Assembly (NCBI GenBank): GCA_045578165.1 | Contig: JAZNJR010000003.1 | Location: forward strand, 1,402-65,401 | From: Acutalibacteraceae bacterium | GTDB taxonomy: Bacteria; Bacillota; Clostridia; Oscillospirales; Acutalibacteraceae | Length of the DNA stretch: 64,000 bases | Direction: 5' to 3' | Shown here: positions 1 to 9,885 of the stretch, piece by piece | How the letters are laid out: each line of letters begins with the position of its first letter | Position numbering within the stretch: position 1 is the first letter of the stretch | Program-made: the position numbers and the translations under genes | Notes under the pieces: model-generated | What the model saw: the letters and a program-made list of their open reading frames with translations, nothing else | What the model was told of the DNA's origin: nothing | The model's database searches: none

Positions 1-771
1 ATAGTTTGTAACTTCTTTTTCGCCACAGGTTGCACAGGTTTTAGTGAAAGAACCTGCTACTTCACAGGTAGATTCAACTGTTACACCTTCATCCCAAGCG
101 TGACCGGTAGCTTCTAATGCAGTGGTGGTTTCATCGCCGCACAAAGAACATACCTTTGTTTCAGAACCGGCTTCTGTACAAGTAGCAGGAACAGTGTTGG
201 TTACTTGATAGTCATGTTCGCAACCGGAGTCATCAACAGCAATAACAAAAGTAATTGTGTTGAGGTAAAGACGAATGTCACCATTGCTGGGCTTATAGGA
301 TGCAACGTTTAAAGTTTTGGTTGCAGTGGTATCAACTTCAACGTCTGTGTATGTACCGCTGTCTGAAGTGGTACTAATTACTGTAGAAACATCATTAATT
401 TTAATGCCACCGGCTTTAGAATAACGTCCTGCTACTGAAAAGATAACTTTAGTAACGTTTTCAGGAACGGTAAGTGTAAATTTGCCGGCAGCTGCGCTTG
501 AGCCCAACTTTATAATAGCAAATTTGCTTGCATCGAATGATCCGGGATACATTTTGTCTGCACCGGTAAGATTCAAGGTGTATTCTACACCGTCAGAACC
601 GGTTACGGTTTCAGTGTAAGTGGTTTTTGCGGTGGAGTTTTCTTTTGCAGCAGTACCATCAGTACCAAAAGTGAATACTGCGGTTGCTTCAGCAGCAGAC
701 GCGCTGAAAGCCATGGGCACAACTGCAAGCAGTAATGCCACTGTCAAAAGAATTGACAAGATTTTTTTCAT
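1..771 (-). CDS. secreted protein, N-terminal 257 aa (rest of the gene lies beyond the left edge)
   Basis: Missing from the ORF track because it is open at the window edge. The reverse complement of 771-742 reads ATG AAA AAA ATC TTG TCA ATT CTT TTG ACA (MKKILSILLT), followed by VALLLAVVPMAFSASA (signal peptide). I checked all 257 triplets down to position 1 and found no in-frame stop. The visible C-terminal part has two TC(T/E)xAGSxTKxCxxCG motifs separated by ATGH. Confidence 0.7.
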   Translation of the reverse strand, partial: MKKILSILLTVALLLAVVPMAFSASAAEATAVFTFGTDGTAAKENSTAKTTYTETVTGSDGVEYTLNLTGADKMYPGSFDASKFAIIKLGSSAAAGKFTLTVPENVTKVIFSVAGRYSKAGGIKINDVSTVISTTSDSGTYTDVEVDTTATKTLNVASYKPSNGDIRLYLNTITFVIAVDDSGCEHDYQVTNTVPATCTEAGSETKVCSLCGDETTTALEATGHAWDEGVTVESTCEVAGSFTKTCATCGEKEVTNY

Positions 772-835
772 TTTTTGTTTTCCCCTTTTTTATTTTTTTA
801 TAAGTTAGGAAAAAAGCTTTCCCCTTATACAATAC

Positions 836-864
836 ATTATATATATTGCTTGTCCGAAAAGCAA
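836..864 (-). promoter_or_regulatory. candidate sigma-A promoter for the secreted-protein gene
   Basis: On the minus strand: TTGCTT (864-859), 17-nt spacer, TATAAT (841-836), about 65 nt upstream of the ATG at 771. Confidence 0.3.
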
Positions 865-1224
865 GTTTTAAAGAAGCAAAAATGCCCAAAAATTTAAATT
901 TCGGCAAAATTGACAAAAGGTGCTAAAAATTATTGCAAGTTATGTTTAAATTAGCAAAACGAACAAGCATATTTTGTGTTTTGAAAGCACGAAAAATTAT
1001 ATATATTGTGTTTTTTTGTGTTTTAAAGATCAATATGTATGGTGTTAAGTTAAAAAATCGCAAAAAACGGTTATATATAATAGGTGTAGCAAGTTTGAGC
1101 GTGACGATTAAATTGGGGTTTATCGCTGACGCGATTAATTAATAAATAATAAAGAAGAAATAAGATTTTTAAAAAAGGTTGCAAGATTTTAAAATGGTGG
1201 TAAAATGGGTGTGGTGATTTAAAA

Positions 1225-2184
1225 ATGGAATATTTATGGATTCCCGCGCTCGTTTTGGCAGTACTTGTTGCCGCGGTGTTTATAATCGCATACGTTTGTT
1301 TTAGAATGGCCTTTTTTGAACCCGACCGCAAACCAAATGAAGAAACCGCAATAATAATGCCAACGGGCGAAATTTATGAACAATTTCGTGAAAAAATTGA
1401 AAAATGGACCCTTGAAACCCGACAACTTCCTCATGAAGAGGTTTGCATAACCTCTTTTGATGGGCTTAAGCTTTACGGTAAGTTTTACGAGTATGCGCCA
1501 AACGCACCAATGGAAATTATGTTTCACGGTTATCGCGGTTGCGCGGAAAGAGATTTGTCCGGCGGGGTGCAACGTTGCTTTAAGCTTGGCCGCAGTGCGT
1601 TAATTGTTGAACAACGCGCAAGCGGTAAAAGCGAAGGAAACGTTATTTCTTTCGGTGTTAACGAACATAAAGACTGTCTTTCGTGGGTGGATTTTGCAAT
1701 TAAGCATTACGGACGCGACTGCAAAATTATTTTAACAGGCATTTCAATGGGTGCCGCAACCGTTTTAATGGCGGCAGGAAAACCTTTGCCTCAAAACGTA
1801 ATTGGTGTTCTTGCCGACTGCGGTTATACTTCGGCAAAAGATATTATAAAAATTGTTATAAAACAAATGGATTTACCACCCAAGCTTGCCTACCCGTTTG
1901 TAAAATTGGGCGCACGGGTTTACGGTCACTTTAATCTTGAAGAAACACCGCCTGTTGAAGCGGTAAAACGCGCCGCGGTGCCGGTGATTTTCTTTCATGG
2001 CGAAGCTGACGATTTTGTGCCTTGTTATATGAGTCGTCAAAATTTCGAGGCGTGCAATTCACAAAAAATGCTCGTCACGGTGGAAAACGCAGGACACGGG
2101 CTTTCTTACCCTGTTGACCCGCAGAAATACTTTGACGCTTTAAAGGAATTTTTTGGGCAAGAAGCGTCGGCTTTCAAGTGGTAA
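1225..2184 (+). CDS. membrane-anchored alpha/beta hydrolase (serine hydrolase fold)
   Basis: 319 aa. N-terminal TM helix (IPALVLAVLVAAVFIIAYVCF), nucleophile elbow GISMGAAT (GxSxG), and later D and H (FFHGEADDFV, NAGHGLS). GGTGA-type RBS about 8 nt upstream. Confidence 0.8.
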   Translation: MEYLWIPALVLAVLVAAVFIIAYVCFRMAFFEPDRKPNEETAIIMPTGEIYEQFREKIEKWTLETRQLPHEEVCITSFDGLKLYGKFYEYAPNAPMEIMFHGYRGCAERDLSGGVQRCFKLGRSALIVEQRASGKSEGNVISFGVNEHKDCLSWVDFAIKHYGRDCKIILTGISMGAATVLMAAGKPLPQNVIGVLADCGYTSAKDIIKIVIKQMDLPPKLAYPFVKLGARVYGHFNLEETPPVEAVKRAAVPVIFFHGEADDFVPCYMSRQNFEACNSQKMLVTVENAGHGLSYPVDPQKYFDALKEFFGQEASAFKW

Positions 2185-2250
2185 TTTATTAACATTAAAA
2201 TATTTGTGTTACAAATATTTTATATTATAAAGTAATTTGCATAAAAAAAT

Positions 2251-2285
2251 AAAAGCACCGACCTAATTAGTCGGTGCTTCTTTTA
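2251..2285. terminator. bidirectional rho-independent terminator hairpin (left copy of the repeated tRNA-Gln terminator)
   Basis: Stem GCACCGAC (2255-2262) / GTCGGTGC (2270-2277), 7-nt loop, A-run upstream and T-rich tract downstream. Lies about 70 nt after the hydrolase stop and is part of the direct repeat with 13087-13121. Confidence 0.55.
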
Positions 2286-2329
2286 TGGCTGGGGAATAGG
2301 GATTCGAACCCCAACAAACAGAGTCAGAG
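2286..2329 (-). pseudogene. tRNA-Gln 3' fragment (44 nt, anticodon loop to CCA), att-type direct-repeat copy
   Basis: Identical to 13122-13165 of the complete tRNA-Gln. Identity ends exactly at the 5' edge of the anticodon loop, and there is no 5' half. Confidence 0.85.
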
Positions 2330-3035
2330 GTAAGGAATATTATATTTTTTTAGTAAAGTATAAAACGGTAAAAACTCTTGTAAACCCACATAAATAAAGG
2401 GCTTGCAAGAGTTTTTTTACAAAAAATTTAGCTAATGACGGCCGTTGACAACTGTTGAAAGCGATGTTGGGGGGATTTTAGGGGGGAATTATTAAAAAAT
2501 AGTTTTAAAAATCCGTTTGAGAGAAAAAACCTATCCAAAACGCAAAATCCATTGTTCTATCCCCATATTCATGGCCAAAAATCTGCATTTTAGTAGCATG
2601 ATTTAATAATCAGTATGTTACAACCCTAATTTTTTCTATATATTTAACACCAAATAAATCAAGAAATCTATATATTTTATTATTTTAGAAGATACTTTTT
2701 TTAGCTTTGGCAACATATATAATATGCGTGCGTGATTTTCAAATTTCAAAAATTTTTTTCTTTTTGCGAAATGACCTTGTTTGATTTCTATGTAATATAA
2801 TGTATATTCCAAAATGTATATTAGCACTTTATGGAGACCGTTTTCATTAATTTGAAGGTGGTCTTTCTTTTTTTTATGGGTTTATAGCCGCTACCGTGCG
2901 TTTGGGGCTGTATTTCCTTAAGGAAACAGTTGCAGAACGAGTTAACGCTGTTAGGCAATATAAAACCCTTCCTAAGAAAACGGTGTCATTTCTTTTGGGT
3001 TATGGCTTCTTTATTTTTACTTTTTTGATTATATT

Positions 3036-4034
3036 CTAAGCCATTGTTTCAAGCATTTTTATGCTGACTTCGTAATTAGTATGATTACCTTCGGTATAAT
3101 TTTTAAATTCATCATACATATATTCCGACATTCTATACATTTCATTACCGAAACTTCCCGCCACGTGAGGTGTTAAAATACAATTAGGTAACGTGTAAAA
3201 TGGATGTTCAGCTTCGGGTGGCTCGGGTAACGTAACGTCCAAAACGGCGGTAATATCAGGGCGGTTTGTAAGCGCGGTTACCAAATCGTTTTCTACAACC
3301 TGCGCTCCACGACCTGTATTTAAAAACGTAGCATAAGGCAACATTGAATTAAAATGTTCAAATTTTAGCATACCCTTAGTTTCTTTATTGTCGGCAAGAT
3401 GATTTGAAATTACTTGACATTCTTTAAAAATAGTGTCGAGCGATACTTTTTGAACGCCAAGTTCATTAGCTGTTTCATCGGGCAAGAACGGGTCAAAAAC
3501 TAAAACTTGTAAATTATATGCCTTTAGCATATTTATTACTAATTTTCCAATCATTCCTGCACCGATTATGCCAATCTTTACACCATAATTTCCCGGACAG
3601 GCTTTAGAAAATTCACGTGCTCTTTCGTAGTAACCATTTTTAGTAAGCATACTACTTTGATAAAAACCTTTGTTTGCCAAGATTATATTTGCTACGGTAT
3701 ATTCAGCAACGGGAATAGCATTTGCAGCCCAAGCCGAAAAAACCTTTACACCACATTCTAAAAACGGCTTTGCAAATTTTTTCACCGAGCCTGCGGCATA
3801 AAAAACACATTTTAAAGATGGAAAAATCCCCTTAATTTCTTCATTTGTGAAGGTTGGCATATCCCACGTTGAAAAAATATATTCGGTATCTTTAAAAATT
3901 AGCTTATTTTCTAAAACCTCTGCTTTGTTATAGCAAACACCATCAGATCCACTTTCTTCAAGGGTTTTAATAACGTTTTTACTGTAAACACGACTGAAGG
4001 TTTCTTTTTCGGAACAAATAAAAGCAATTTGCAT
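3036..4034 (-). CDS. D-isomer-specific 2-hydroxyacid dehydrogenase family protein (NAD-binding)
   Basis: 332 aa. Rossmann motif GIIGAGMIGKLV, then NTGRGAQVVENDL and ILTPHVAGS, typical of the family. Last gene of the minus-strand operon. Confidence 0.85.
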   Translation of the reverse strand: MQIAFICSEKETFSRVYSKNVIKTLEESGSDGVCYNKAEVLENKLIFKDTEYIFSTWDMPTFTNEEIKGIFPSLKCVFYAAGSVKKFAKPFLECGVKVFSAWAANAIPVAEYTVANIILANKGFYQSSMLTKNGYYERAREFSKACPGNYGVKIGIIGAGMIGKLVINMLKAYNLQVLVFDPFLPDETANELGVQKVSLDTIFKECQVISNHLADNKETKGMLKFEHFNSMLPYATFLNTGRGAQVVENDLVTALTNRPDITAVLDVTLPEPPEAEHPFYTLPNCILTPHVAGSFGNEMYRMSEYMYDEFKNYTEGNHTNYEVSIKMLETMA

Positions 4035-4043
4035 TTTTATCCC

Positions 4044-6344
4044 TCACAAATTATATTTTTTTATTGTAACGATTATTTTTTCATTTTTAATATTTTTGCC
4101 GTAAATCGCTATCTTTTTATATTGAGAATTATCTTTATGCGGTTTGCTTTGAATTTCTTTTCTTAACGGTTCGCAATCCATAATAAGAATTTCGGCATTC
4201 GCGTTTGTTGAAAGTGAAAATATTATGGCTTTGCCGTTTTGCGAAAGTTTAACAGTATTTTTATCAAGGACTGTTATTTGCGCTTTAGTATGGAAGAACG
4301 AATATATTTCAGAATCATCTTCCAGATCAAATTCATCACAAATACAAAATTCGGTACGGTTGTTTAAAAGAGCAAACTTACGTGTAACCTTTTTTGCATT
4401 ATCATAAGCAGTTGTTAAATCAACAACACAAAATGCAGAATCCGCTTTAGAATCAAACTCAATTATATCACAAACTGCGTTGGGGTTTTGGTCGGCAAGG
4501 CAATCACTATTATAGGGGTTAATTACAATAGTGTTATTACCCTCGGCACGTTTGCGGTAGTAGTTCCACCTGCCTGCATTTTTGCCGTATTCCCACATAC
4601 CGGGCATATCGTATTCCTCTATGCCGAGCTCAACAAACCAACGCTCACCCAACGTTTCAAACACAAAGGAGCCAAAATCAAGGTCCATATGACAGCTTTT
4701 AGCACCGCCCTTAAAACCAACGTAAATGCTGTTGCTATCGGTGTTAGAGCCCCTTAAATTACCAAGGTTGCCTAAAAAATAATCGGTTGGCGCTTTTTCT
4801 AAATAATTGTTACTCAGCATATCTTCTTTGAAGAAAATAAGGTCTTGGTAACTGTAAGTTTGCGGTTTGTTTTCTAAATAAAACTGTGCGTAGTCATAGC
4901 GGTTATAAAGCTGTGCCAACCACATAAGCGACGGCGCTACAACGTTTGTATCGGGCTTTGCATCATAATAATTAAAACATTCCCTGGTGTTGCCCGTCAT
5001 AGAAATTATATAATCACCCGTTGTATCAAGCCCTTTGACGTCGCGCATTCCAAAATCGGTGCCAAGCGCTTTTATAAGCGATGCCTCATAAATATAAAAA
5101 TTGCTTTGACCATAATTCCAATAATTAGGGCCTTCGGTATAAACGCCGCGAGGGGAGAGGGTTTTGAGATTAAGAAAAATCGCCTCAATTGTGAGATTAA
5201 TAATTTCGTTTGAAATTCCCTCACAACCTTCTTCATCACCAATTGCAAGTCCCAAAAGTCCCAAACCCGAAGAGGTAACGGTGTTATGGTTTGTGTCGTT
5301 ACACGCAAACTGCTTCTTTTGGCGCAACTGGTTAATCATTGCTTCCATACCATTTTTAAGCATACCGTTTCGCATTATGCGTTTTTCTTCTTCGGTCCAT
5401 TCATCATAAAGCCAGTCGTAAGCAATTGCAACAGGTCGCGCCATATCACCTACGTCAATATCGTGTGTGGGGTTCCAATCGGGGAAACGGCAAACAGATA
5501 AAACCTCTTCCCTTGCTCTATCTTTATATTTTTTGTCACCGCTTATTATATACGCAATAAGTAGATACGGTACGTTAAGTAACGCCTGTCTTGAAAGACG
5601 TCTGCCGTCGGATAATTCGTGGCAAATTACAGGTAAATTTAAAGCATTATCGGCTTTTTTAAGCGCGTCTTTACAAGCTTCATTCATAAAAGGTATGGTT
5701 TTAGTATAATGCTTTATGTTATTAAAATCTTCCCTTGTTGCTATAAGTCTTGGGTGTGCTTTATTTGGAAAACGTTCTTTTAAAAGTGATATTGCATCGT
5801 ATTTTTGCGGTTTAATTCCTTCAACGCGATAATCGGTATTTTCATCCACTTCAATAAATCTTTCTTTCACGTCGGGCAGGGGGTCATTTGTAACCCAAAC
5901 ACTGTCAAGCGCTATTTCGGTTTCCGTTGGGGGAAGGCAATAAAAGGGCTGCAAAAAACCATAACCGGTTATTTTTTCGTAGCCGTTTTTAGGGCTACCG
6001 TTTGTAACAATACCCTTAAAAAGTGGGAAGGTTAAAATCTTATGCCCCGACCACGAAACAGTAAAATGATATGTGTAACAGGTTTTGTTAATATCGGTGT
6101 CTTCGGTAAATGCTTGAAAGCAAATAACTGCGTGGGAGGGATTTTTTGAATATATGGAAAGCTGTAAATAATTATAACCTGTCCAACTATCGTTGGCTTT
6201 TTTTATAAACATTTTATTTTCTTTTATTGAATTATTAGAAAACAAAATGGCATTTTTACCTATAAATTTTTCATCGCTTATAATCGGAAAATTGTATTCA
6301 TCAGATTTAGCATTAGAAAAATCAAGAATGACTTTTTTATCCAT
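4044..6344 (-). CDS. heparinase II/III-like (polysaccharide-lyase fold) protein, no signal peptide, with an N-terminal ~170-aa extra domain
   Basis: 766 aa. NHNTVTSSGLGLLGLA and EGPNYWNYG in the helical toroid part, and CHMDLDFGSFVFE (H-x-D...F) in the C-terminal sheet domain, as in the heparinase II/III / alginate-lyase superfamily. The N-terminus MDKKVILDFSN is not a signal peptide. Confidence 0.7.
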   Translation of the reverse strand: MDKKVILDFSNAKSDEYNFPIISDEKFIGKNAILFSNNSIKENKMFIKKANDSWTGYNYLQLSIYSKNPSHAVICFQAFTEDTDINKTCYTYHFTVSWSGHKILTFPLFKGIVTNGSPKNGYEKITGYGFLQPFYCLPPTETEIALDSVWVTNDPLPDVKERFIEVDENTDYRVEGIKPQKYDAISLLKERFPNKAHPRLIATREDFNNIKHYTKTIPFMNEACKDALKKADNALNLPVICHELSDGRRLSRQALLNVPYLLIAYIISGDKKYKDRAREEVLSVCRFPDWNPTHDIDVGDMARPVAIAYDWLYDEWTEEEKRIMRNGMLKNGMEAMINQLRQKKQFACNDTNHNTVTSSGLGLLGLAIGDEEGCEGISNEIINLTIEAIFLNLKTLSPRGVYTEGPNYWNYGQSNFYIYEASLIKALGTDFGMRDVKGLDTTGDYIISMTGNTRECFNYYDAKPDTNVVAPSLMWLAQLYNRYDYAQFYLENKPQTYSYQDLIFFKEDMLSNNYLEKAPTDYFLGNLGNLRGSNTDSNSIYVGFKGGAKSCHMDLDFGSFVFETLGERWFVELGIEEYDMPGMWEYGKNAGRWNYYRKRAEGNNTIVINPYNSDCLADQNPNAVCDIIEFDSKADSAFCVVDLTTAYDNAKKVTRKFALLNNRTEFCICDEFDLEDDSEIYSFFHTKAQITVLDKNTVKLSQNGKAIIFSLSTNANAEILIMDCEPLRKEIQSKPHKDNSQYKKIAIYGKNIKNEKIIVTIKKYNL

Positions 6345-6359
6345 TTAAAAAACTCCCGT

Positions 6360-7103
6360 CTATTTTGCAATCAATTTTAGTGCATTGCTTTCATTTTTAA
6401 GGGTTTCAATTTTATCGTCGGGCATAAACTCCAAAAGCAATGTTTTATCGCTTTCAAAGCACTGTAAATATTCTTTCCAGCTATCAATATCATCGGCTAA
6501 CGGAAGACGATTATCACCCTTCCAATTAAAAACGTGAATATATTTAACATAGTCGCTTATATTTTTAGCATAGAAAATATTTTCTTCAAAGCTTAACAAC
6601 TGTTGTGGTTGCCAATACATTAAAAACGCCTTACTGTTTACTGCTTCCATAAGTTCTAAAGCCGATTTTTCGGTGTTTGTATAGGTGCCGTTATGGCATT
6701 CCATACAAACCGTAACTGCGTTTTCTTCAGCGATAGCGGCAACGTTTTTACATTCGTTAAAAAGTGCGGTTTTTTCATCCTCGCTATAATCCTGCGAATT
6801 TTTATTTCCACACCAAAGTCTTAAAACGTTAGTCCCTAAAATTTTAGCGGCGTATATATATTCTTGCAATTCTTCCTTAGGGGTTACACCAATTTTGAAA
6901 TACGTTCCGTAAGAACTGCATTTTATATTATATTCCTTTTGAAGATTTGCAAGGTTTTTAAGTTTCTCTATATCTTTCTGCGGTGCGTGAACGTCACTTC
7001 CCCATTCGATATATAAAAGACCTGCATTTTTCATTTCGGTCAATATTTCTTGCGGTGTGTTTTTTCTGAAAGAAATAGAACAAAGTCCCAAATTAAAGCT
7101 CAT
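6360..7103 (-). CDS. sugar phosphate isomerase/epimerase (xylose-isomerase-like TIM barrel) family protein
   Basis: 247 aa. The pattern IEWGSDVH ... LRLWCG ... CMECHNGTYT ... IHVFNW fits the AP-endonuclease-2 / xylose-isomerase-like barrel family. 16 nt upstream of the lyase-like gene. Confidence 0.7.
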   Translation of the reverse strand: MSFNLGLCSISFRKNTPQEILTEMKNAGLLYIEWGSDVHAPQKDIEKLKNLANLQKEYNIKCSSYGTYFKIGVTPKEELQEYIYAAKILGTNVLRLWCGNKNSQDYSEDEKTALFNECKNVAAIAEENAVTVCMECHNGTYTNTEKSALELMEAVNSKAFLMYWQPQQLLSFEENIFYAKNISDYVKYIHVFNWKGDNRLPLADDIDSWKEYLQCFESDKTLLLEFMPDDKIETLKNESNALKLIAK

Positions 7104-7261
7104 TTATATCACCCATTTCAATATGGAGTTTATCGTTGTTGATTTTATGCACACGACCAAGACCGCGCTTTTGCGATATATTCGTGGATTTGCTCAAGAG
7201 TATATGCCGACAGCGATTTTTCCATTATAACAAGATAAATTTTTTATTTTTCTTGTTATCT

Positions 7262-9160
7262 TTAAAAAATATTTTTGTTTTCTCTATACTGTTTCCACAC
7301 GTTTTCAAAAAAATCGACGTTTTGGGGTATTGGTCTTACGTTTCGCCAAGAGGATTCAAAACCGTTTTTACAAAGTACGGTTTCTTGAACTTTATTGCGG
7401 GTATTTCCGTTTTCTTCGTTAAAACGGAACGTTTCTTCAAGCCCGTCACAAAGCTTACCGTTTTTATCAAAATAAAGCGCCGAACCTCTTGTATCACCAA
7501 CGGTTTGGGAATAATTGATCATAGCGTTTAAAACTGCGCTTTGCGTGTAAAGTATATCCTTTAGCTTATAGTATTTATAAACCTCAGAATTATCCTTAAC
7601 ACCCACCTTGTAAAGCTGTGAAATTTCAAGCTTAATTTCTTCCAAAGCTTTGCACATGGCATCAACGTTTCTAATAGCAGCCGCACAATCGCTCATTCTT
7701 CTTTGCGCGTTTTCTATATAACCTTCTACATTGTTGGTATTAGCTATAACGTTAAAAATTTCGGCTTTGGCATTGTTTTTGGCATTAGTATAAATTTTTT
7801 CAAAAATACCGTCATCAATCGCAGTATTAGCATTTTGTGATATATACTGTGCCGCACGAAGACCACCTACTTGACCCGCGTTAAGTGCCGAGCCACCCGG
7901 TCTTGTAATACCGTGCGTGCCCGCACATTCACCCGCACAAAACAAACCCTTAATGTTTGTTTGCCACCACATATTAACCGCAATACCACCGTTGTTATGC
8001 TGAGCGCAAAGTGCAATTTCGAGGTATTCCTTAGTAAGGTCAACACCCTTGCTTTTATATAATTCAATAGCAGGGGTATTCATTTTAAACAGTCTTTCTA
8101 TTGGTGTGCCAAATAAAGCATTCGCGTTATTTAAATATTCAAAAGCTTCCTTAGACAATTTACTATACTCGATATTTATCATATTAAACGGATTTTTCGT
8201 AAAGTCAAGGTAAACCTTGCGTTTTTTTAAAACACACTCGCGATAAACGAGTAAATCGATTATCGACGACCCCGTAAGCACCTTTTTAGAATCAAACGGC
8301 CATTGATAACCTTTTAAAAATACCATTGAAAGCGCTTCGTATTTGTCGCTAAAATAATCGGCTAAAAATTCGTGTTCATTTTTGTTTTCGTCAATAGACA
8401 CAAAGCGGGGGAGCACCTGCATATAAGTGCCCGAAACGTTCCAACGCGGGTTTATAGATGCCAAACCGTACTGCCATTCGGTTAAATTTTGTGCTTTAGC
8501 ACCCGCTAAAAGTGCCAAGCTTGTAGTACCTGTGTGACATTTTGGAAATACACTGTCGGCGTAAATTCCCGCAGGGCCACCCGTACACATTACAATATCC
8601 GCACACTTAAATGCAACAAATTCGCCGCTTTGCTTTTCTAAACATAAAAGCCCGCAAACGCCGTTATCGTGCTTTAGTATTTCAACGGCAAGATATCCGC
8701 TAAAGGTTGGAATATTTAAATTTTCGGCATTCTTTTGCAATGCCTCGGTCATAAATTTAGAGGTTAACGGTCCTGCCGAGGTTGCGCGTGCATAGGGGTC
8801 GTGGTCGGTTTTATAGCCGACGTATTCACCGTATCTATTAACGGGAAAATCAACACCTAATTCGCACAAATTCATAAACGACCTTACCGATAAAGCCGCC
8901 TCGCAAAGCGCGTTATCACCGTCGACACTACCGCCCGCAAAAAGATTTTCAGCCATTTTATAAATACTGTCGGGGCTGTCACCGCCAAGACCCAACTTGT
9001 AGTAGGTTTGCTTGTCACTGCCTGTATTTCGCGAGGTGCCGCAGTTGGTGGCTTCGGTAACGATTGCAACGTTTTTATTAAATTGTTTTAAGCGGCAAGC
9101 GGCATTGTAGCCCGCAGCGCCCGTACCTATTACTATAGTATCAAATTTAAAAAGCTTCAT
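7262..9160 (-). CDS. FAD-binding oxidoreductase of the fumarate reductase / succinate dehydrogenase / L-aspartate oxidase flavoprotein superfamily
   Basis: 632 aa. N-terminal dinucleotide fold DTIVIGTGAAGYNAA, plus GLFCAGECAGTHGITRPGGSALNAGQVGG, which resembles the conserved FAD-domain segment of Frd/Sdh flavoproteins. Its ATG overlaps the SDR stop (TAATG). Confidence 0.75.
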   Translation of the reverse strand: MKLFKFDTIVIGTGAAGYNAACRLKQFNKNVAIVTEATNCGTSRNTGSDKQTYYKLGLGGDSPDSIYKMAENLFAGGSVDGDNALCEAALSVRSFMNLCELGVDFPVNRYGEYVGYKTDHDPYARATSAGPLTSKFMTEALQKNAENLNIPTFSGYLAVEILKHDNGVCGLLCLEKQSGEFVAFKCADIVMCTGGPAGIYADSVFPKCHTGTTSLALLAGAKAQNLTEWQYGLASINPRWNVSGTYMQVLPRFVSIDENKNEHEFLADYFSDKYEALSMVFLKGYQWPFDSKKVLTGSSIIDLLVYRECVLKKRKVYLDFTKNPFNMINIEYSKLSKEAFEYLNNANALFGTPIERLFKMNTPAIELYKSKGVDLTKEYLEIALCAQHNNGGIAVNMWWQTNIKGLFCAGECAGTHGITRPGGSALNAGQVGGLRAAQYISQNANTAIDDGIFEKIYTNAKNNAKAEIFNVIANTNNVEGYIENAQRRMSDCAAAIRNVDAMCKALEEIKLEISQLYKVGVKDNSEVYKYYKLKDILYTQSAVLNAMINYSQTVGDTRGSALYFDKNGKLCDGLEETFRFNEENGNTRNKVQETVLCKNGFESSWRNVRPIPQNVDFFENVWKQYRENKNIF

Positions 9161-9885
9161 TATAATCTCCTAATATGGAAACCGCCGTCAACGTCAATCG
9201 ACTGACCCGTAACGTATGGTAAGCTACCGTTACAAAGTGTCCAAACAGCACTTGCAATATCTTCGGGTTTGCCCCAACGTTTGATTGGAAGTAAACCATC
9301 GTTAATAAGTGCGTCATACTTTTCTTTTACCTTGTCGGTCATACCTGTTGCAATTATGCCGGGGCGTATTTCGTTTACCATAATGCCATATTCGGCAAGG
9401 CGGTCGGCAAAAAGGGTAGTTATCATAGTAACACCCGCTTTACTGATACAATATTCACCTCGACTAACCGAGCTTGTATAACCCGACATTGAAGAAATAT
9501 TTACAATACTACCCGACTTTTCTTTTTTCATAATATTTGCGACAGCTTGAGTTAAAAACAAAGTGCCCTTTGTGTTAATATTCATAACAAAGTCGTATGA
9601 TTCTTCGGTCATTTCAAGAATATCGTTTCTAACCATTGGGGCAACACCTGCAACGTTTACAAGTATATCAATCCTGCCATATTTATCCATTGCGGCTTTA
9701 ATATAGCTTTCGCGTGATTCTTTACTGCTTAAATCACCTTTAAAATATGTAAATTCACCCTCTAAAGCATTAGGCATTTCGGGTAAAACATCCATACCAA
9801 CAACAGCAACGTTGTTTTCAAGTAAAAGCTTTGCAGTAGCAAAGCCAATACCACCCGCTACTCCTGTTACTAACGCTACTTTCAT
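9160..9885 (-). CDS. short-chain dehydrogenase/reductase (SDR)
   Basis: 241 aa. TGVAGGIGFA (TGxxxGxG), NISS, YCISKAG (YxxxK). Its start overlaps the upstream stop (TAATG). Confidence 0.9.
   Translation of the reverse strand: MKVALVTGVAGGIGFATAKLLLENNVAVVGMDVLPEMPNALEGEFTYFKGDLSSKESRESYIKAAMDKYGRIDILVNVAGVAPMVRNDILEMTEESYDFVMNINTKGTLFLTQAVANIMKKEKSGSIVNISSMSGYTSSVSRGEYCISKAGVTMITTLFADRLAEYGIMVNEIRPGIIATGMTDKVKEKYDALINDGLLPIKRWGKPEDIASAVWTLCNGSLPYVTGQSIDVDGGFHIRRL

Noticed and set aside
620-916. Track ORFs 620-808 (+) and 689-916 (-)
   Set aside because: Both overlap the start and promoter region of the well-supported edge-truncated secreted-protein gene (1-771, minus) in other frames. Neither has an RBS.
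933-1331. Small ORFs 933-1142 (+) and 1071-1331 (-) in the AT-rich gap upstream of the hydrolase gene
   Set aside because: The translations are low-complexity and Ile/Lys/Phe rich, with no RBS. One overlaps the hydrolase start.
2636-2827. 63-aa minus-strand ORF in the 700-bp non-coding stretch at the left island end
   Set aside because: The sequence is very AT-rich, the start is non-ATG with no RBS, and the peptide is low-complexity. It more likely lies in decayed element DNA.
7136-7531. 131-aa plus-strand ORF
   Set aside because: It is antisense to the 3' end of the FAD-protein gene and to the intergenic gap, and has no RBS or motif.
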